This document shows positions 46,742-52,364 of a DNA stretch of 52,364 nucleotides, piece after piece (positions within the stretch are counted from its first letter, which is position 1; every line of letters starts with the position of its first letter). This DNA comes from Pelagibacteraceae bacterium. Lineage in GTDB: Bacteria; Pseudomonadota; Alphaproteobacteria; Pelagibacterales; AG-422-B15. Where the stretch lies: NCBI GenBank assembly GCA_038103905.1, contig JAYNZW010000003.1, positions 62,077-114,440 of the forward strand, written 5' to 3'. The notes beneath the pieces were generated by a model, which was given only the letters and a program-made list of their open reading frames with translations, did no database searches and was not told the origin of the DNA. The translations under genes and the position numbers were made by a program.

Positions 46742-47722
46742 TCAATTATTATTTTTTAGTGTTTTCTTGAGGTGAGTAAACATATTAATTGCTGGATCAC
46801 CCATAATTTTTTGATTATCTTTTATACTATTACGAACACCACTTTTTGCAGCTATATCAACATTATTACCAATTCTTACATGTCCAATGATACCAACCTG
46901 TCCACCCATTCTGACATAATTTCCGATAGTTGTGCTACCAGCGATACCACATTGTCCCGCTAAGATTGAGTTTGAACCAATTGTAACGTTATGAGCTATG
47001 TGCACCTGATTATCTAAATATACATTTTCACCAAGAGAAGTATCTGAAAAACTTCCACGATCAATTGTGCAATTTGAACCAATAAAACAATTATTTTGAA
47101 TGATTACTCTTCCAATATGATAAATCTTTAAATTGTTATTATTATTAAAAGCAAATCCAAATCCCTGCTGGCCTATTGAACAGTTGTTTTCAATTTCAAC
47201 GTTATCACCGATGATTGAGTTTTGAATGATATTATTACATCCTATTTTAACATTTCTTCCAATTAAGCAGCCTTCGTGTATTATTGTCCCTTCTCCAATA
47301 GATATACCGTCTCCAATTTTACAACCATTTTTAATAATTGCAGTTTTTGCAATATTTTTACCATCTTGAATTTTTGTTTTATTGAAACTTTTTTTTTCAT
47401 TAAAGTTAAAGTCTCTAAAAAATAAATTAGAAATTTTAGCAACAGAACTATGAACGTCATGGACAATAAATTTTATAGTATCATCAAAAAAAGATGAGTC
47501 TTTTCTCTTATTTGAAATGATAATCCCTTTAGGCTTATTTTGTTTTTCAGGAATTTCATAATTATCATATATGAAAGAAAGATCATTCTCTGAACAATTA
47601 TTTAATCCCGTAAAAGAAGAAAATTTTACATTACTTATCTTTGGGGCATTACTATCTATATCTAAGGCTATTGAAATATTTTTTGAAGAAATTGGACCTA
47701 ACTTCTTATAAAAATTATCCAT
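46742..47722 (-). CDS. lpxD: UDP-3-O-acylglucosamine N-acyltransferase
   Basis: Hexapeptide repeats, IGQ.GFGF, IGRVII, TIDRG...DT, DNQVHIAHNV, GIAGS. Confidence 0.95.
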   Translation of the reverse strand: MDNFYKKLGPISSKNISIALDIDSNAPKISNVKFSSFTGLNNCSENDLSFIYDNYEIPEKQNKPKGIIISNKRKDSSFFDDTIKFIVHDVHSSVAKISNLFFRDFNFNEKKSFNKTKIQDGKNIAKTAIIKNGCKIGDGISIGEGTIIHEGCLIGRNVKIGCNNIIQNSIIGDNVEIENNCSIGQQGFGFAFNNNNNLKIYHIGRVIIQNNCFIGSNCTIDRGSFSDTSLGENVYLDNQVHIAHNVTIGSNSILAGQCGIAGSTTIGNYVRMGGQVGIIGHVRIGNNVDIAAKSGVRNSIKDNQKIMGDPAINMFTHLKKTLKNNN

Positions 47723-47736
47723 ATATCTGGAATTTA

Positions 47737-48276
47737 TTAATCTTCTAATTTGACCTTAATTTTAGGAAGATTTTTATTTAATATTTTTATGACTTGCTCT
47801 GTCATATCCATATCATCAGCTGACATGACAACAGCATTTTTTTCTAAGATTACAGTTATGCCTAATTCTTTTGCATAGTCATTAATTATTGGCTTAACCT
47901 CTTCTAATATTTCTGCTCGAGCTGATTGCACCATAAAGTCTAATTTTCTTAATTTTTCTTGTCGCTCAATTTGAAATGATTGAACTTTTTTCTCAAAGTC
48001 TGAAACTTTAATTTCAAAAGCTTCAGGAGCCATTACTGATTGCTGCTCTATTAATTTTTCTCTTTCTTTGATTATGAGTTCATCTTTTTCTTTAGTTTCT
48101 TCTTCTGATGCTTTTTGAATCTTTTCAATTTGCTTTGTAGCATCAACTGCAGCTTTTGACTCAGTTAGCACTTTATTTATATCAATAATACCTATTGAAG
48201 TATTAGGGTACTGATCTGCAAGTAAAAATGTTGGAATGAATAAAAATGTTAAAAGTATTATATTAAATTTTTTCAT
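47737..48276 (-). CDS. skp: Skp/OmpH periplasmic chaperone
   Basis: Signal peptide, IGIID...VL..S, long coiled coil, D.T..VI..LN; between bamA and lpxD. Confidence 0.9.
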   Translation of the reverse strand: MKKFNIILLTFLFIPTFLLADQYPNTSIGIIDINKVLTESKAAVDATKQIEKIQKASEEETKEKDELIIKEREKLIEQQSVMAPEAFEIKVSDFEKKVQSFQIERQEKLRKLDFMVQSARAEILEEVKPIINDYAKELGITVILEKNAVVMSADDMDMTEQVIKILNKNLPKIKVKLED

Positions 48277-48278
48277 AA

Positions 48279-50519
48279 TTAAAAATTGTATCCTATATCA
48301 AAATAAAAAGTATCTATCTCATCAGTGCTTTGTTTTTGTAGTGGTTGTGCAAAAATAAAATTTATTGGTCCAATTGCACTATCCCACATAAAATTTAAGC
48401 CGAAAGATGCTCTTAAATTATGTTTATCATCAATAGATCCGAACCTATTATCTAAGCCCCAAACACTTCCTACATCAACAAATAAGGTACTTGTAATATC
48501 AAAATTTTCTATTGGTAAATCAATATTTGTTTCAGTTGATAACAAATAAAAATATTGCCCACCTGTATATGAATTACCAGTTTTTGGGCCTACTCGTTGA
48601 CTTTCAAAACCTCTCAATCTATTACCGCCTAAATTAAAATATGATGAAATCGGAGCGTATTTATCATTATAGCCGTTCAAATGTCCACTATTGAATTTAA
48701 TGGAACCAATTAATGATTTACTAAGTCTTTTATAAAATGTGTAATCAATCACGCTCTTTAAAAAGTATGCATCTCCACCTAATCCAGCAAGATCTTGCGT
48801 CAATATATATTTATATCCAGCTGATGGTTTATATGGACTATTTCTATTATCAGATGAAAAAGAGTATCCAATTAATGAAACTGTAGAAGTTCCTGCCAAC
48901 ATTCTTTCATAGGCAGTGGCGTCACTATCTGCTGTTGTTTTATCATTATAGAATGAATAATTAGTATTAATTCTTTTATCGTAAGAAATTGGAAAACCTA
49001 GGGCAATACCAAATCCTATTTTTTCAGTTTCATAATTAACTGAAGCAGAATCTTGAAGCTCACTATACAAATCACCTTTTATATATAAATCTCTTCCATA
49101 TAAATATGGTTCAGCAAATGAAATGTCATATGCAGAAAATTCATCTCCAAGATTAGACTCGAACTTTAGTTGCTGTCCTTTTCCTAAGAAATTTTCCTCA
49201 GTAATACCCAATTGTAAGCTTGCTTTTGTGGCAGAAGAATAACCAGCACCGATTGATGCTTCACCCGTATTTTTTTCTTCAACATCTATTATTAAATTTA
49301 TTTTATCAAAAGCTTCATCTTTCTCTTCAGTAATATTAACTTTACTAAAATACTGCAAGGCTTTAATTTTATTCTCTGATAAATTAATTAAGTATTTACT
49401 GTACGAGTCCCCTTCTGAAATTGAAAGTTGCCTTCTGATAACTTTATCAGTCGTTCTTGTGTTACCATTAATAATTATTTTATTAATATAAACTTTTGGT
49501 CCCTCATCTATTAGATATTTAATATTGACATGTTTATTTTCTTCATCAAATTCTTTTTTTGAATTAATTTGTATAAATGAATATCCATATGTAGAAGCAG
49601 TATTTTTAATTGAAGAAATATCATCTTTGATTAAATCAGCATTGTATAAATCTCCCTTTTTAGCAGTAAGTTTGTCTAATAAAAATTGATCATTTAGTTT
49701 TTTAAATTTACTTTCAATTTCAACTTCACCAAAAGAATACATTTCACCTTCATCAACTGTTAAAATAATTTCAAATTGATTTCTATTTGGTATTAACTGA
49801 GCGATTGAAGATTTGAAAGAAAAGTTTGGAAAGCCACTATTTCTATATAGATTAGAAATTAATACCTTATCATATTCTAGTTTATCAGGATCATAATTAT
49901 CTGAAGATGAAAAAAACCTTAATAAATTAGAGGTCTTTGTTTTCATTTCATTTCTTAATTCTCTAGATGAAAAAACATTATTTCCTATGAATGTAATTTT
50001 TGAAACTGATACAACATCAGACTCATTTATTTCAAAAATTAAATTAACTCTATTATCTTTTAAGGTCTCAACTTTCGGCAAAACTTCCGTTGATAGTCTT
50101 CCCGATCTTTGATATAAAGACAGCAATTTTTTTACGTCTTTTTTTACTTTTGACCTTGAATATATTGACCTATCTCTAAGCGATATTTCACTCAATAAAT
50201 CTTCGTCATTTTTTTTATTATTTCCAGAAAACCTTATAAGATTTATTGTGGGGTTTTCTTTTACGGTAATAACAAGTGAGCCGTCAGAATATTCAATTTT
50301 TACGTCAGAAAATAAATCGGTATTATATAATCTCTTTAAAGCTTCATTTCCAATATCATTTGAGTACTGATCATCTAATTCTAATTTTGAATAAGAAATG
50401 ACAGTTTCGCGTTCGACTCTCTCTAATCCATTAATTTTAATATCATTAATATAAAAATCATTAGCAAAAATAGAACTGCTAAAACTAGCTACTATGAGAA
50501 TTAGAAATATTTTACGCAT
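48279..50519 (-). CDS. bamA: Outer membrane protein assembly factor BamA
   Basis: POTRA repeats (GLERVE, GNTRT.DKVIRR), E.NFLG.GQ, LRGF, W.S.IGP..F, C-terminal aromatic F. Confidence 0.97.
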   Translation of the reverse strand: MRKIFLILIVASFSSSIFANDFYINDIKINGLERVERETVISYSKLELDDQYSNDIGNEALKRLYNTDLFSDVKIEYSDGSLVITVKENPTINLIRFSGNNKKNDEDLLSEISLRDRSIYSRSKVKKDVKKLLSLYQRSGRLSTEVLPKVETLKDNRVNLIFEINESDVVSVSKITFIGNNVFSSRELRNEMKTKTSNLLRFFSSSDNYDPDKLEYDKVLISNLYRNSGFPNFSFKSSIAQLIPNRNQFEIILTVDEGEMYSFGEVEIESKFKKLNDQFLLDKLTAKKGDLYNADLIKDDISSIKNTASTYGYSFIQINSKKEFDEENKHVNIKYLIDEGPKVYINKIIINGNTRTTDKVIRRQLSISEGDSYSKYLINLSENKIKALQYFSKVNITEEKDEAFDKINLIIDVEEKNTGEASIGAGYSSATKASLQLGITEENFLGKGQQLKFESNLGDEFSAYDISFAEPYLYGRDLYIKGDLYSELQDSASVNYETEKIGFGIALGFPISYDKRINTNYSFYNDKTTADSDATAYERMLAGTSTVSLIGYSFSSDNRNSPYKPSAGYKYILTQDLAGLGGDAYFLKSVIDYTFYKRLSKSLIGSIKFNSGHLNGYNDKYAPISSYFNLGGNRLRGFESQRVGPKTGNSYTGGQYFYLLSTETNIDLPIENFDITSTLFVDVGSVWGLDNRFGSIDDKHNLRASFGLNFMWDSAIGPINFIFAQPLQKQSTDEIDTFYFDIGYNF

Positions 50520-50539
50520 TGGGCACCATTATAAATTAA

Positions 50540-51694
50540 CTATATATTAATAATAGTTTTTAAATTTTCATCTACCCAATTATTAGATTCATTTAAATCT
50601 TCAATATTAGGCTCATGTAAATTCCTATGTGACTTGAAATAAAGTTCAATGATTTTTTCATTATTATTAACGATTTTTGTATAATTAATCGCTTCATCAA
50701 GAAACAATTTCACTAATTTATCATTAACATAATTAAATAGATGAGGAGCAATACCATCTTCTTGCATTATGTATTTACCAAGTTTAAATGCCGGAAATCG
50801 CTCATTGTCGATTTCAAAGAATTCTAATGAATTTAATTTAGTTAAATCTAAATCATGATCATTTGATCTATAGTCCTTGTTTGGAAAAAATAAACTAGAG
50901 ATTGGAATCTCCATATTTGGTTGACTAAGAAAAGCATAGGATGAATTGTCATGAAAATTTAAAATACCATGTATTATTGATTGGGGATGTACAATAGCAT
51001 TAACTTGATCAAATTTTAAATGAAAAAGATTTTTAGCCTCAATAAGTTCAAGAGATTTATTCATCATATTAGATGAGTCTATTGAAATTTTATTTCCCAT
51101 CTCCCATTTTGGATGCTTGATCGCTTGTTCAGGAGTTATCGAATCAAATTTATCTAAATCTAAGTCTAAGAATGGTCCACCAGATGCAGTTAAAGTAATA
51201 TCTTTGATAGATTTATGATTTTTATACAGTAATTGATGTATTGCATTATGCTCAGAGTCTAATGGAAATATACTAGTACTAAATTTATTACATTTATTAA
51301 CAAGTATCTTACCGAGTGAAATTATACATTCCTTATTTGCTATAGCCAAAGTTTTACCCGTTTCTGCAATTTTTAATGCTAATGAGGCTCCTGATAATCC
51401 GGAAATTGCTAATATATAGATGTCAATATCGTCATTGATAAATGATTCAAAATCCTGCATTCCATAAACAGTGTTTTTATTTGTTAAAATTTCATCTTTA
51501 TCATTTGAAAGATCTTTACTCGAAACTCCTAAATTATTACAACTATAGCGATCAGAAATTTCAATCAATCTATCAATATTTCTATTGCAAGTAATGCCTT
51601 TCAAGCAAAAATCACCATTGGCTCTATCTAAAACCCTTAGAACAGAAGAACCAATTGAGCCAGTTGCGCCAAATAATATGATATTTTTAGTCAT
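50540..51694 (-). CDS. dxr: DXP reductoisomerase
   Basis: GATGSIG, ANKE, DSEH.AI.Q, LTASGGPF, HP.W.MG.KISIDS..MMNK.LE.IEA, HPQSIIH. Confidence 0.96.
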   Translation of the reverse strand: MTKNIILFGATGSIGSSVLRVLDRANGDFCLKGITCNRNIDRLIEISDRYSCNNLGVSSKDLSNDKDEILTNKNTVYGMQDFESFINDDIDIYILAISGLSGASLALKIAETGKTLAIANKECIISLGKILVNKCNKFSTSIFPLDSEHNAIHQLLYKNHKSIKDITLTASGGPFLDLDLDKFDSITPEQAIKHPKWEMGNKISIDSSNMMNKSLELIEAKNLFHLKFDQVNAIVHPQSIIHGILNFHDNSSYAFLSQPNMEIPISSLFFPNKDYRSNDHDLDLTKLNSLEFFEIDNERFPAFKLGKYIMQEDGIAPHLFNYVNDKLVKLFLDEAINYTKIVNNNEKIIELYFKSHRNLHEPNIEDLNESNNWVDENLKTIINI

Positions 51695-52361
51695 AAAAAA
51701 TTAATGTATGCATATCAAAGATAATAAAGAAAAAGAATACAAGGATAAATGAGTCCATTCTATCTAAAAAACCTCCGTGACCAATAAATAAACTGCCTGT
51801 ATCTTTCAAATCAGATCTTCTTTTTATAAATGATACAGTTGCATCACCAAGAAAAGAAAAAGCGCAAATTAATATAGCTAAAATAAATAAATTAAAATTT
51901 ATTTTACCATACAAATAATAAGTCAAAAATAGATTGAATAAAGTAACTGCTGCAAAGCCTGTAATAGATCCACTATAAGTTTTACCTTTACTTAGTTTTG
52001 GAAAGATTTTTTTACCTCTAAATAGATTTCCTCCTAAATATGAAAAAGTGTCAAAAATCCAAAGTGAAAGAAGTAAATAAATAAATATAAAAAAATTATT
52101 ATCTAATGAGAAGTAATAGAATGGAGATAAAACTATACTATACGTTACTAACAAAATATATATAGCTACAACAATTTTGAGATTTGATAGCTTAAAAATA
52201 GTTACCAATTCACTCAAAATCATAATAAAAAAAAAGATGAATAAAGAAATTAGAAAAATACCTCCTAGGTGCAAAGAAAAAATAAATATAGGAACAAATA
52301 TGATTGCGGACAAAAATCTTTTAGCTAACTCAACCTCTTCAATTGCATTTAAGGTAGTCAT
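51687..52361 (-). CDS. cdsA: Phosphatidate cytidylyltransferase (start uncertain at the window edge)
   Basis: W..DT.SY..G, P.LS.GKT.SG, GD...S.IKR....KD.G....GHGG.LDR.DS. Confidence 0.93.
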   Translation of the reverse strand: MTTLNAIEEVELAKRFLSAIIFVPIFIFSLHLGGIFLISLFIFFFIMILSELVTIFKLSNLKIVVAIYILLVTYSIVLSPFYYFSLDNNFFIFIYLLLSLWIFDTFSYLGGNLFRGKKIFPKLSKGKTYSGSITGFAAVTLFNLFLTYYLYGKINFNLFILAILICAFSFLGDATVSFIKRRSDLKDTGSLFIGHGGFLDRMDSFILVFFFFIIFDMHTLIFYD

Positions 52362-52364
52362 TGA

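Noticed and set aside
2374-48549. Short antisense/alternate-frame ORFs in the track (e.g. 2374-2868, 3870-4136, 26971-27252, 40595-41179, 48325-48549)
   Set aside because: They overlap well-supported genes, have no motifs, and look like shadow frames.
1-52364. CRISPR arrays, tRNA/rRNA, prophage, IS elements, defence systems
   Set aside because: No spaced repeats, cloverleaf signatures, integrase, transposase or phage genes were seen; intergenic gaps are mostly too small to hold them.

Overview
A very AT-rich, highly streamlined alphaproteobacterial chromosome segment. The tiny intergenic spaces and gene content resemble marine SAR11/HIMB59-type genomes; this taxonomy is inferred, not proven. 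Most of the window is core genes in recognisable alphaproteobacterial order: mltB-rlpA-dacA-tmk-holB-metG-tatD; hflX-dat-trkA-ntrX-ntrY; ispDF-pgpA-cinA; ratA-lipA-ftsB-eno-kdsA-pyrG-secG-tpiA; ppiD-trpEGDC-lexA-gltA; lpxI-lpxA-fabZ-lpxD-skp-bamA-dxr-cdsA. Several genes usually found in these blocks are absent (hfq, dusB-ntrBC, pdhABC-lpd, moaC/moeA, gltX, lpxB, rseP). The clearest non-coding feature is a near-canonical 28-bp XerCD dif site at 16208-16235. It sits in the middle of a ~9-kb surface-glycan island (12301-21499) inserted where tatD and hflX converge. The island encodes a probable C3-oxidase/aminotransferase/WlaRD-like N-formyltransferase trio, a sugar C-methyltransferase, Gmd, two glycosyltransferases and a stand-alone 3-TM orphan gene beside dif. 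Other signals are two unannotated tandem single-TM micro-ORFs (2109-2315), an alphaproteobacterial LexA box, a double-GANTC palindrome upstream of ftsB, divergent genes with overlapping start codons, and degenerate or truncated RlpA, HflX, NtrY and RodZ-like proteins. No tRNA, rRNA, CRISPR array, transposase or integrase was seen.
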